Below, in pieces: positions 13,990-26,730 of a stretch of DNA of 64,000 bases (the first letter of the stretch is position 1; every line of letters starts with the position of its first letter). Location: the NCBI GenBank assembly GCA_965202585.1, contig OZ241832.1, positions 4,712,001 to 4,776,000 on the forward strand, read 5' to 3'. The position numbers were made by a program, and so were the translations under genes. The notes under the pieces were generated by a model. The model saw only the letters and a program-made list of their open reading frames with translations. It was not told the origin of the DNA and did not search any database. The DNA is from Thalia democratica (Eukaryota).

Positions 13990-14289
13990 ATATAAGTTTT
14001 TTTTTGAAAATTGTTAAAATTGTAAAGTACGAGTATGGCTTACAAATTGAAATGATTGTTTTCTCTGTTATAAAAGTATTATGAATATTGCTAATAGATC
14101 TTCTGATAAACAATAACAGTCTCAGCGTTATAAGTAAATCTTAATTCTTAATACTATTTTTATTTGTTCTAATTTATCTTTTTTTACGTTTGTAAATAAA
14201 TCTTTATCAGTTTAAAATGCATGATGTAAGTATTTAGAGAAATTCAAACATTTTCAATTAATAAGATTAATTAAAACCATGTATTTTAT

Positions 14290-15000
14290 TAACAAGTTCT
14301 TGACAAAAACCATTTCTATTTAGTAATCTATTCAAGAGAATTCAAAAGTATTATAGAGAATAACTGTACAAGAGAATTATTTGCTGACGAAATAAAACAG
14401 ATAAAATTGATACTAAATAAAAATGGCTATCCACAAGAACTTATAAATAAATATTAATAATTTAAACAAAATAAAGCTAGCAGGGCCGGAAAAATGCTTG
14501 ATAACTTTAGTACTGAGTTAATTCAATAAGAGTTTTAGAAAGAGATATCTGTCAAATAGTAAGTAGGACTTATCATTCGGCAAAGCCAATCTTTATTTTG
14601 TATCTAAACCAATGTTTAGACATGGGACAAAGATTCGATAGCAGAATTTAAACAAAGTATGGTAGTTTACCAGTTTAACTGCTTCTGTGAAGCTAGTTAT
14701 GTCGGGATGACCTCAAGACAATTTGCAGAGAATAAAGGAACATGTTCCAAAAAGTATCGATGAATTTTGTATGAGTAATAAGCAAACTAAATCTATTAGA
14801 GTAATAAATGCTTCAACAAGATCTGCTATTAACTATTATAGTATATAACCTTAGATGTGCTAGTAGTTATAATTTTAAAAGATTTAAAATTATTAAAAAT
14901 TGTTTTCACACTTCTAATTTAATTAAACTTGAGGCTATTTGTAATTTGTTAAGAAAACCTAAGTTTTGTAATCATAAAAATTCTGATTATACTGTTTCTT
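14290..15000 (+). mobile_element. Penelope-like retroelement remnant (RT thumb/C-terminus plus GIY-YIG endonuclease), frameshifted
   Basis: Readable fragments CTRELFADEIKQIKLILNKNGYPQELINK (the L-x-x-NGYP motif of PLE RT) and SMVVYQFNCFCEASYVGMTSRQF..RIKEHVPK (the VVY-x-x-x-C-x-C-x-x-x-Y-V/I-G-x-T-x-R...R-x-x-EH GIY-YIG pattern). It is absent from the homologous position in gene copies 2 and 3. Boundaries are approximate. Confidence 0.85.
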
Positions 15001-16249
15001 TGTTTTCTTAAACTGTTTTATAAGTTGTTGCTCTGTTTTTATTGATTTTTTAGTTGCATTGTAATTAGAAGTACTTATGTATTTAATTACTCTTTGCTTT
15101 ATTATTAATTACGTTGATTGCATTTTCACTACAGAAGTAAACTTTAAGAATGCTTATAGTATATCTATTTCTAAAGTTATTTTTTCAGGTAAGATTGATG
15201 AATACTTAAAAATCCAACACTTTTGATCAATTTAAAAATAAACAAGGCTCTGTACTAATTTCGTTTTAGAAACCCTAGATTGATGATAATTTTTCAATAC
15301 TCAATATAATTTTTATGTGCTATGACAATAAACATACACATTGTTTTAAGTTTTTCTTTTAGATGAAAAAGATTAAATTTTAAAAACTAGTATGTATCTG
15401 CAGAAAAGTGATTTCTATAAAATGTACAAAACCCAACTATTTTGGTATTTAAAATAAAGGTTAAATATACTTGATATAAACAATAAACTTTTTTTTTTTA
15501 AACTGCTATATTTTTTAAAGAATCTATTGTGGAATAGTATAAAAAATTCAAGAACTGATTCTTTTTTTAGCATTAAATGAGCTTATTTTTATTATTTCAG
15601 ACACAAAAAAATTGTCGAACTTAGTTGTACTGAAGTTATAGATTTAAACTTCCTAGTTTTGAATAAATTTACAGAAGTTTATTGTTATTAAAAAATTTAA
15701 ATTATTATAAGTGGTATTTGAACTATTAGGGCGAGTTTAACTATTTTGTTTATTGTAAGGTTTAAAGGGTTAAAAATGAAGCTCATTAATAATACTTAAG
15801 ATTAAACAGCAATGAAATTGTTTCAATGAAATATAATACAGTAATTGTGAAAACCAAATGTTTTTTTAAATGTCGTTGAACAACTAGTGTTCACACCAGA
15901 ATGATTCACATGCGCACTTTTTTGTGTGAAAAAGCGCATTTAGTGTAATTGTGGTTTTTTACTTTTAACAACATATGTATAATTAATAATCACACTGCGG
16001 TGATTTTTAAATAAGTGGATATTTTAGATTAGAACTCTAGATATTAGTTTGAAGCTGATGGTGTTTTATTATAATATAAACATTGCTAACAAGAGTTTGC
16101 AATTAAATGCTACATACGTCACAAAAAGAGATAAAGACATGGTGACGTCATATAAGAGGTTCACCGTGCACTCACTTTTTTAATTATTTTTTATTTAAAA
16201 GTAGTTAGTGTTCCAGTACTGTACTTTTGGAGGAAAACTTTATTTTTAC

Positions 16250-17225
16250 ATGGGTTACTATTTTACTCAGTCGACATTTGTAATGTGACACTTTTGTATG
16301 CATTTGTGAGATGACACTTCAACGTTGTCGACACATTTTACGGGTGACAATATTGCAAACACGACAATTTTGAAAAGGGTGAAACACATGTAGGTTTAAC
16401 ATATTGCATTTAGAGGGCAAAGGCTAAAGTTCTAAGGGTGTTAAGAGGATATTTGGTAAAGACCATACTTGGTAAAAAGCAGTGTTTATAGTGTTAAAAA
16501 ATTAACTGAAAAAGGGTTTAAATAGTTAATATAAATCCTACTGCCAGGGTTTTTAATCCTTTAAAAACTACTTAATTAGCAAGTCTGGTAAAAAATAGTT
16601 TAATTTATTGTAGGCCTTGGGAATCCAAATCGTGTTTTACTTGGTATAGTGAATAAATTAGAAAGTTAATATTTAGAAAAGAAGAATACTATATAATTTG
16701 TTATTATTATATATTCCAGTAAACTAGTTTCATCTTTTGTTAACAAACGCTAAAATTTATAGTTTGAATAGTTATATTTCCAAATGTTAATATTCTAATT
16801 TATTCACTACATCCAGTAAAACATGATTTGGATTCACAAAGTCTACAATAAATTAAAATAGTTTTTACCAGACTTAGTAAAAGCTAGTTTTTATAGTATT
16901 AAAAACCTTGCAGTAGGATTTAAACTAATCAAAATATTTGTTTAAATCCTATTTCAGATGACTTCTTAACACTATAAACACAAGCTTTTTACCAAGTTTG
17001 GTCTTTAACTTACATCCTCAAATCTTAACAACCTTGAAAATTTAGCTTTTGCCTTCTAAATGTCTTAATTATATTGGTTTCGACCTTTTTAAACTTGTCG
17101 CCTTTGCAATATTGTCACCCGTAAAATGTGTCGATAGCGTTAAAGTGTCACCTTACAAATTCACACACTCTGCATAAGTGTCACTCGTGCAAAAATATCG
17201 TATGTGTGAAACAGTAACTTGTGTA
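16250..17225. repeat. ~970-bp foldback (inverted repeat with centre at ~16730)
   Basis: For example ACACATTTTACGGGTGACAATATTGCAAA (16330s) versus TTTGCAATATTGTCACCCGTAAAATGTGT (17103-17131). The arms stay alignable until ~16700 and ~16760. Confidence 0.85.
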
Positions 17226-17725
17226 AAACAAAAATAAATACTGCGAATGTAAAACCTTAGAACTCTGACTGACTTTTGAAATTTAAAAATTTGTTGTCGC
17301 TGAAAGTTGTGCAATTTAATTAATAAAGTGAGTGCACGGTGAATCTCTTATATGACGTAACAATGTCGTAATCTCTTTTCGTGACGTATGTAGCATTTAA
17401 ATGCAAACTCTTGTTAGCAATGTTGATATAATACTAAAACACCATCAGCTTCAAACTAATATCAAGAACTATAATATCCTGTAATTTTTATATCACTGCA
17501 ATGTGATTGTTAATTATATATATATATATATGTTGTTAAAATTATAAAAGTGTGTACTAACTATTATACTAAACAAGTGTGCATTTTCACACAAAAAAGT
17601 GCGTATGTGAATCACTCTAGTGTGAACATTAGTTGTTCAACAAAGTTTTAAAGAACATTTGGTCTTCACAGTTAGTGTGTTTTATTACTGTTTAATCTCA
17701 ACTGTTATTAATAAGCTCTATTTTG

Positions 17726-17940
17726 AGGGTAGGAGTCATATATCATGAACAGACACTTTTTCACGAACTTTTGCTCGAGTTGAACTTTTGTTTTTTACTA
17801 TCACTGTTACTCCTAACCCTTACTCTCGGTCAGTAACTTTTTTTTTTTACAATATTTTTTATTTACTTTTTTTTTTAATCTTCGTGCAAAAGTGTCTTCG
17901 TACAAGCTTATCTCTTCGTGCATATTTGACCCGTTTCCCT
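17726..17940. mobile_element. MITE of the 6682 family inserted in the right arm of the palindrome
   Basis: Shares GACACTTTT-x-CACGA / TCGTGCAAAAGTGTC inverted motifs and the CTGTTAC-x-CCTAACCCT internal motif. Confidence 0.55.
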
Positions 17941-19203
17941 ATTTTAATCCTTCAAATTGTTATAAAAATAAACTAAATAGTTAAACCCGTCCTAATAATT
18001 CAAATACCACTCTTGATAATTTAAATGTTTTATATAACAATAACATTCTATAGATTTATTTAAATTTTAGGAAATGTCAATCTTATTTTGTTTTAGTATT
18101 AATCTAAAACTTTATAACAAGAAAGCTCCACAATTTTTTTTTCGTATTTAAAATTAATAAACTGCTCCTTTTAATGCTACAAAAATAATTAGTTGTTGAA
18201 ATATAATAATTTAAAGTTATAAATTATTTAATCCAGAATAGATTGTATAAAAATATTAGCAGTTTTTAACATTTAAAACATTTATCCTTTAGTTTAAAAG
18301 CGTTTTGTACATTAAAATAATTACATTTTTCTGTAGATGTATACTAGTTTTCAAAACTCTATATTTTTCATCAATATAAAAAAACTTAAAACAAAGTGTA
18401 TATTTATTGTCATAATCAACACAATTATATTGAGTGTTGAAAAACTATTATCCTTACTAAATAAAATGTATATAAAAGTTGACAAATTACTAATCGAATC
18501 GATACTAAAAACTGTAAATGCAAAATAGTTTATAGGACTACTCGAATAAATCGCACATTTTTAAGTACTACTTATTAGTTATAAATAGTTTTTTAAGTAT
18601 AGGCATAAACTATACTATACAAACATAGTTACTTAATAATTGGTTTAATGTTTAAAGTATAGCTACAATATTTAGGTATAAATAATTCACTTAGAATGAA
18701 GTAATTGATTTAAATTGCGCTATAAACTACAAATATTTAGCTGCTGAAGCACCGAAAAATAAAAGTTGCAAAAGTACCAATTTCTTTCTCAATTTTGATT
18801 TGTTTGTTTTTATGTACTGCTTGTTTGGTATTTATTATTAACATCTTGCTTTCTATCTAGAGTTGTCAACTAACTAAGTTTATTTATTTAGTATTAAGGA
18901 TTTAGTTTATCTTAATAATTAAAACTGTTTTATATTAATTTAACTAAACATTTACAACATGCATTTCAAACTTATAAGTATATTTTACAAACATAAAATA
19001 AGATAATTTCTTGAAATAAATGAATTCAATAATGTTTAGAGTTAACATAAACTTATAACGTTGATACTAGTAATAATTATCAAATATCTATCAACAATAA
19101 TTAATAATATTATCATTTTATTTTTGATACAGAAACATCAATCCTATCATTTAAAAAGCCGAACATTACCACTTTAACATTTTTCAAACTTGCATCAAAT
19201 ATT

Positions 19204-19796
19204 TTAAAAATAAACTTTATGCACAATCAAGCAACCCACAAATAAAACTTGAGCCACGCAACAAAATTTCTGCATTCTTTCCAAGCTACCAAGACGTTCT
19301 ACAACACTGTCATCATTATTACTTTTACGAGATACCTCCATATTATTGAGGCGTTCAATTATTTTATCATTGGCATCATTTAAAAGAGTTACTTTTCCAC
19401 AGCACAGAGGTGATGTTCTAGATTGATAACTTCTTCGTCTCTTTTTTTCTTTAGAGTCGTGAGTCGGTTTATTATTCCATTTATTTCGTCTCCAAAAGCG
19501 GGATCATACAATGTTGAACCCGGAAGCAGTTTGTTTGTTGCTCCTAGATCCCTAAATAATTTACTGATTGGAGGTGTCGAATTGGAAGTTGGAGTATTTG
19601 CACTTGTAAAGATACTTTTGTCTCGAAATTTCTCATCATCCATTTTAAAAACATGCTCCATAGGAACTTTTGAAGTTGTCGAACTGGAAAGCGGAGTATT
19701 TGCAATTGTATAGATAATTTTGTCTCGCAAATTCTCATCATCTTTAGTTGTCATCTTCACAGGATCTTTTGTTTTCTTTACTCTACGTTTAAACAT
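19204..19796 (-). pseudogene. Orphan tail-anchored coiled-coil protein, copy 2 (internal ~75-nt duplication, frameshift after CAVEK)
   Basis: Clear homology to copy 1 (MFKRRVKKTK-x-PVKMTTK-x-DEN...RDLGATN...PGS-x-LYDP). The reading frame resumes after a ~4-nt deletion to give ...VVERLGSLERMQKFCCVAQVLFVGCLIVHKVYF*. Confidence 0.7.
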
Positions 19797-21287
19797 GATT
19801 TTAAATTTAAACAACTGCTGAAAAAAAATGATAAAATTTTTATATCAGTAAACTATACTTTAAATTTTTTTTTACTTTTTATATATGTGTTTGAAAGTTT
19901 CATCTTTACAAAAATTAGTAATTCGTCTTGGATTTTACTTTTTGGATGATAAATTCTAAACCTTATTAACCACAAACTTTAAATTATGGAAAAATATTTT
20001 ATTTGAGCTTATAAACAGTTTATATTTTTATTGAGCTACCTTTTAAAAATTTATGGTAGTTTATACTGAACATTTTAGTTTCATGGTGTGTTGAAATAGC
20101 ACATACAAATAAATACTAGTGATGCAAAGTTGTGCAAATTTTTAACAAATTAAACTCTTAATGCCTTTAAACTACTACTTAAATTAAAAGTTATGACAAA
20201 TTGTATTTATCAAAAATTAAAAGGTAATAAATACTGCTTTTTATGTAATATGATCATTAGTTTTAAGCTTAATTTCATCTTATGTTACAAATTTATTTAA
20301 AATTAACTTATTCAGTTGCTTTAGCCTATGTTGTTCATTTTAATGTATTGCTAGTACAAAAACTTTAAAGTACAAGTTTTTTCAAGATATTGAATTTATT
20401 AAAAATGTCAAACATTTAAAAAAAACAAAAGAGTAATCTATTATACAAAATTTAAAAACCAAAACTGACTTTTAACTTTAATGTCAGTGTTAAGAACTAA
20501 ACTGTTTTACAAAAAAAAATTTCAGCTTAGTAATTTGGTATACGATACAAACAGATTTAATGTGAAATAAAATATATTTTAACCAATCTGTAAAACAAAA
20601 CTTAGAAATTAAAGCAGTTGTATATAATAGTAGCTAGCTTAAAATATTCAAACAAACAATTAGGTACAAACTTTTTTTTTAATCAAACTTTTTTTTTAAT
20701 ATAAAAGATTCCAAAACAAATAGTTTATTAAACGACAAAACAAAATATGTCAAAATAATTGGTCCTAGAACCTAGTGTAGAAAAAGCTTTCGGTTATCGA
20801 GTCGTAGATCACTTGGTTACAGTTATTTAGTTTTATTTGAACTAACGCTAATAAATAACAATTTTAAATATGTTTGTTGTCAACTAATAATTTTTTTCAT
20901 TAAAATAATTTAACATTTAGGGTTTCTAAAACAAATTTAGTACAGCATTTTTTTTTCAAATTTATTAAAAGTGTTACATTTTAAAGTTTTTATCAATCTT
21001 ACCTAAATATAATTTCTTTAAATAAAGTTACTGTGAGCATCCTCAACATTACTTATTCAAATTGGTTTTATTGTCTTTCTAAATTTTATTTCTATTATGT
21101 ATTTTTTAATGAAGAATATTTTTGTTTTGTGTTTGTATATTTTTAAACTAAAACTCTGATATCTATTTAAAAATAATACTTTATTTTTTTCTTAAAATTA
21201 TTTCAATAACCAGTTTTCTGCATCTTCATTTACAAAAGGGGGCTGTGAAACCATCTTATCTAAAAAATGCTTGCCACCAAAAATGCT

Positions 21288-21745
21288 CAAAGTGAGTTGA
21301 CAAAGTGAACGCATTGTAGACGTCTTCTGTGATGTACGATTTTTTTTATCTTCTTCTGTGACGTAATAATCATACAACAGCAAGTACATGCTTACAACTT
21401 TTTAATACATTTAAACACGATCTTTTATTAACTATCGTTTGAAATATTCACAGCTTCGATTCGTTTAAAAGTCACTATGTTGTGATTATAATCTATATAT
21501 TTGTCTTTAAGAGAACAACAAAAGTTTTCAACATATTCACACCAATAGAGTGTATACACTATAAAACAAAATGTGCAAACACCATACATTCACATCAAAG
21601 AGAGTGTGCACCAAAAAACAAAGAGTGCACAGATCATACATTCACACCAAAGAGAGTGTGCACCAAAAAACAAAGTGTGCACACCATACATTCACACCAA
21701 AGAGAGTGTGCACAACACATGCATTTCATTCTGGTATATATGACT
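21288..21745 (+). repeat. Module Y (representative copy) with an internal ~50-bp tandem expansion of GTGTGCAC
   Basis: Shared order GTGAGT...TGTGATGTA...TGTGACGTA...AGTCACT-x-TG-x-TGTGATT...AAAAGTTTTCAAC...GAGAGTGTGCAC...GCATTT-x-ATTCTGGT. Other copies lie at ~7311 (+), 9340-9651 (-), 15880-16180 (-), 17326-17640 (+), 25698-26010 (+) and 26290-26470 (+, partial). Confidence 0.75.
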
Positions 21746-23010
21746 TAATGATATTTATCTAATTGTATGAAAACTATAATTTATACTACTGTTACATACA
21801 TGAAATATAAAGTTTCATGTACTCCTCATTAAGCTACAGTTTATTATAATAGTAAACAGAAATTTAGATTTTGAAAATTTTCATAATAATTGCGACGTAG
21901 TGTATGATACAGTTTATTGTACAGTTAGCTGAATTTGAAAATAATACGCTGTAGTTGTTAATTTATGCATTTTAGAAAAGTTTAGAAAGGTTATCTTAAA
22001 AAATTGTTTTAAGCTATTGAAAAAAATTGTTGGACTGTTGGAAAAATGTTATAAAATAAAACACTCGTGTTTGCCGCTTAAATTTTATTATGTTGTAATA
22101 TTTAGTTGGTTCTAATTTTTCGATTTCTATTTTTTCTAAGTTACAAAGTTTGTAGCCGAATTTATTATTGAATTTTGATTTTGTCCTGTTAAATATTTCC
22201 CATTTATTTTTGTAGTATAACTTAGAAAAAATAGAAATCGAAAAATCAGATAAGAACGTAATACTAAACAAGAAAAGCGAAAGACAAAACATATGTATCC
22301 ATTATCAAAAAACTTTTCTAACAAAATTAGAACCAACTAAATATTACAACAACTTAAAACTTAAAACAATGTGTATGTTTATTGTCATAGCACATCAAAA
22401 CTATATTGAGTATTGAAAAACTATTGTCTTCACTTAGTAGCATGTATAAAAAATTAACAAAAATAAAATTTAATAATGGAATCAATACTAAACAATGTAA
22501 AAGCAAAATAGTTTTTTGGACTACTCGACTTATATTCTTAAATTAGCAGTTTTAATTTCTAATAAGTTTTCAAAATATAGGTACAGACTTCAGACTATAC
22601 TATATAGACATAGTTACTAAATGATCGGTTTAATAAAACCAATATGGAGGTATGATTTAAGTTGTGCTATAAACTACAATTATTTAATTGCTGAAGCTCC
22701 TAAAAATAAAAAGTTCATGTTTTAAAAATTATTGTTTTAGCTTATCTAAATAATTAAAACTATTTGAATGGTTTTAAACATTTACAACATGCATTTTAAA
22801 CTGATAAATGTTTATTATATAAACGTTAAAGTTGATAATTTCTTAGAACAAATAAAAATAGTATTATGAATTAAGATTTACTTATAACGTTATAACTATT
22901 ATTAATTATCAGAAATCTAATAGCAATATTCATAATATTTTTATAACAGAGGCAGCAATCATTTTATACTCAAACATTACAACTTTAACAATTTTCAAAA
23001 AAAAATTATG

Positions 23011-23512
23011 TTAAACATTTTGAAAATAAACTTTATGCACAATCAAGAAACGCAGAAATAAAATATTAACCACGTAATACAATTTTTGCATAATTTCCAA
23101 GCTATCAAGACGTTCTACAATACTTTTACGTTATAGCTCCTTTTTATCGATGCGTTTAACTATTTTATCAAATAAATCACTTAATTGAGTTATTCTCCTC
23201 TCCACGGCACTAAGGTGACGTTATAGATTAATTACTTCTACATCTCTTCTTTTCTTTAGAGTTTTGGGTCAGCTAATTATTCCATTTATTTCATCTCCAA
23301 ATGGGATCATATATTGGTGAACCCGGAAACCGATTGTTTATTGCACTAGGGTTTGTTGCTCCTAGATCCCTCAATTGTTCACTGTTCAAAGGTGTGAAAT
23401 TTGAAGCTGAAGTAATTGCACTTGTATATACACTTTTGACTTGCGAATTCTCATCCTTTTTAGTTGTCATCTTCACAGGAACTTTTGTTTTCTTTACTTC
23501 ACGCTTAAACAT
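23011..23512 (-). pseudogene. Orphan tail-anchored coiled-coil protein, copy 3 (several frameshifts and stops)
   Basis: ORF 23512-23291 is homologous to copies 1 and 2. Downstream DNA continues to ...IVERLDSLEIMQKLYYVVNILFLRFLIVHKVYFQNV* after frameshifts. Confidence 0.7.
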
Positions 23513-25859
23513 GACTTTAAATTCAAATAATTGCTGAAAAAGAAATATATTATATTATTTTGTCAGTAAACAATATTTTGAAATCTTTCTTACTTTTTAT
23601 ACATGTGGTTGAAAATTTTCATATTTACAAAAATTAGTAATTTTTCTTGGATTTTACTTGTTTGTTTAAAAATTTTAAACTAATATCTACAATAAACTTA
23701 AAAATTCGTAGGAATAGTTCATTTGAGCTTATAAATAATTTATAGTTTTATTGAGCTACCTTTTAAAGAATTTATGGTAGTTTATATTGAACATTTTTAG
23801 TTTTGTAGCATGTTGAACAATACAATCAAATAAGTACTAGTAATGCAATATATTACTTATGCAAATTTTTAATAAGTTCAACTTTTTAACTACCTTTTAA
23901 CTATTACTTAAAATAAAAATATGGAAAATTTCATTGATCAAAAATTAAAAGGTAGTAAATACTGCTTTTTATTTTATCATTAGTTTTAAGCTAAATTTCA
24001 TCTTTTATTATAAAAATTTATATAAATAGTTATTTAAATTAACATTTTAATTTAGTTGCTTCAACCTAAATTGTTGACTTAAATATATTGCTAGTTTATA
24101 AGACAGCAACTTTTAAATACAAATCATTTTCATGTTACTAAACTTATTAAAAATGTCAAATATTAAAGAAATTAAAGACAAGCTATTTTACAGCATCTAA
24201 AAACTAAATTGACTTTTAACTTTAATGCCATTATTAAAAATTCTGTTTTACAACATCTAATTTGGTCGACGTTTAAACGATTTAAATGAATTTTTATGAT
24301 GTTGTATTGATTATGTATAAAATAATAGAAAAATATTAGTTTTAGTGGAAAATGTTAAAACTTTAAAAAAGTTTTTTTTACAACTTAACATAAAAGATTA
24401 TTTAAATTAAAACAAAATACTTCAAAATATTTACTAAAATATTTTCTTGAATGTGCTAAACATAAATGAAAAAAAAATTAGTAAAACTTTTTTGTTTTAT
24501 GACTCATAGGTTATATCTAGTAGTAGTTGGTTTAAAATATTCCAACAAGCAATTAAAAACTAATTTCCTAGCTGTTGAAAAAATCGTTCAATAATCGAGT
24601 TGTATACCACTTGGATAAAGTTTAATATCTCAATTAGGACACTTATAAATAGTTTTTTTCTAATTAAATCTATTTAATAAAATTTTTATATGTTTATTAT
24701 CGGTTTTTAATCTTTTTTTTTGATAGATTTAAATAAATTAACTTTTAGGACTTGGAAGCAAAATTTATTCAGCTCTTTTTTGGTTAAGTGATTTACATTT
24801 TAAAGTATTCACTGATCTAGGCTAAATAAATATTCTTAGAAAAAGAGTTACTATAAGCGTTCTCAAAGTTTATTTTTCAGCTTGTTTTCACAGTATTACT
24901 AAAGTGGCCTTTTATTACAAATGTTTTATAAAGAAACTTTTTGTTCCGTATTTTTATACTTTTCAACAAAAACTCTGATATTTTTATTTATTTTGTTTAC
25001 TAGTTTACTCCCTTAAACTGGTTTATTTTCTAAATACAGTTCGTTACTTAAATATTCAGCTGATGTAAACACAGGAAAAGTGTATCATACTACTAAATTT
25101 AATTTTTTGTTGAAAAACTGTTTCAAACGTTTAAACTAAATATAATGACGTGTGTAGTAAAAACTTGGTTTGACATTGAAAAGTTTGCACGGTAAAGTAA
25201 TAAGACAAAACGAACAAGTGAAAAACACTTAATCATTTTAATATCTAAAAAGAGTAAAAGTAAACGTTTGAATTAAGTCGTTTAAATATTAACTTAAAAT
25301 GTATACCTTTAAATCTAATTTGTATCTCCTAAATCTAATACTAAGCCGTAAACAATACATTTTTAATATATGCTCTCAATAAACAGTTTTTCTTAATGTT
25401 TAACTCATCATATTATCTAATCTTTATTTAAAACCTATTATCAAACAACTCGATTCTTTATTATATGTCCTCAACTCTTAAAAAACTTTGTCTCTTTAAC
25501 CTTTTAATCTGCAATTTCAATATTCTAAGATACCATATAATGAGGATACCCGCACAAACTTCCATCTTTGCAAAATTGTCGATTGTGCAAAATAGTCGCG
25601 TGCGTAAAACAAAAGTAAGCTGAAAAAATAAAATGTAGCTGTAAATCAGTTTAATTTTAAAAATGCTAGTCACTATAAAATATCAATCTGAACTGAAAAA
25701 TTGAGTGCGTTGTAAATGTCTTCTGTGATGTAAAAATGTTTAATATTTTTTTGTGACGTAAGAACTATACAAACGCAAGTAAATGCTTACAACTTTCTCA
25801 TATATCCAAACAATATTTTTAACTCCAACGTTATACATGTTTGCAGTTTTCAATTATTT

Positions 25860-26730
25860 AAAAGTCACTGTGATGTGACTATTATCTGTATATGTCTTTC
25901 AGAGAAAACCAAAAGTTTTCAACTCATTCACACTAATAGAGTGTGCACACAAAAGAGAGTGTGCACAACTCTTGCATTTAGTTCTGGTACACATGGATTA
26001 TGATATGAACTCTTTAGGAACTTGTAGAACAACATTTGATTTACAAAACAATATTTCTTCATTTTACTCTCATTGATACACTTAATTTAAAATTAAATTT
26101 TCAAATTTATATCCTTACCCATTAACAAAAACGTTATTCTATTTGTATAATAATTGCAGTTTGGTAGTCTGTTCAGTCGTGAATCCTTTTAAATGTATGA
26201 ATTTGTAACAAATATTTTTCGATAATTCTATAGCTTGACTTAATAGTGTCAACCCTTACCAAAAAAACACCTGTACATGCATAGTTTGCAATTATTTAAA
26301 AGTCATTATGATGTTATTATAATCTATATATGTCTTTAAAAGAACATCAAAAGATTTAAACACACGCACACCAATAGAATGTGCACCAAAAAAAGTGTGC
26401 ACATCATACACTAATACTAAAGAGAGTGTGCACAGCGTATGTATTTCATTCTGGTATATATGGATTGTGATATATGTTCTTTAAAAACTTATAAAACAGC
26501 ATTTAAAAGAAAAAATAACAATATATTTTCTTCATTGATACAATTAACTAAAGTTTAAACCTTGATCCTTTAACAAAAACGTTATTCTATTTTAATAATA
26601 ATCGCAGTTTGGTAATCTGTTTAGCCGTGAAACCTATTAATTGTATGAATAGTTGATAAATAGTTTTTTGTAATAAGATTTTTTCAATAACGCTATTGCT
26701 TGACTTAATAGTGTCAACCCTTACCAAAAA
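25860..26730 (+). repeat. ~420-bp tandem duplication including the 3' half of module Y
   Basis: 25860-26260 aligns with 26280-26730 (for example AACAAAAACGTTATTCTAT and GCTTGACTTAATAGTGTCAACCCTTACCAAAAA are each present twice). Confidence 0.8.

Larger units (their letters stand above)
12190..20820. repeat. ~8.7-kb imperfect palindrome: X-geneA(+)...Y(-)|foldback|Y(+)...geneA(-)-X
   Basis: 12190-14150 aligns in reverse with 19050-20820, and 15280-16190 with 17320-18450. The left arm is interrupted by the PLE remnant and the right arm by a MITE. Confidence 0.75.

Noticed and set aside
21482-21762. His/Cys/Lys-rich ORFs suggesting a metal-binding peptide
   Set aside because: They arise from the ~50-bp tandem repeat in module Y, start at TTG/GTG-type codons and are not preserved in other Y copies.
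19423-23537. Plus-strand ORFs 19423-19713 and 23301-23537, and 19544-19741 (-)
   Set aside because: Antisense or alternate-frame shadows of orphan gene copies 2 and 3.
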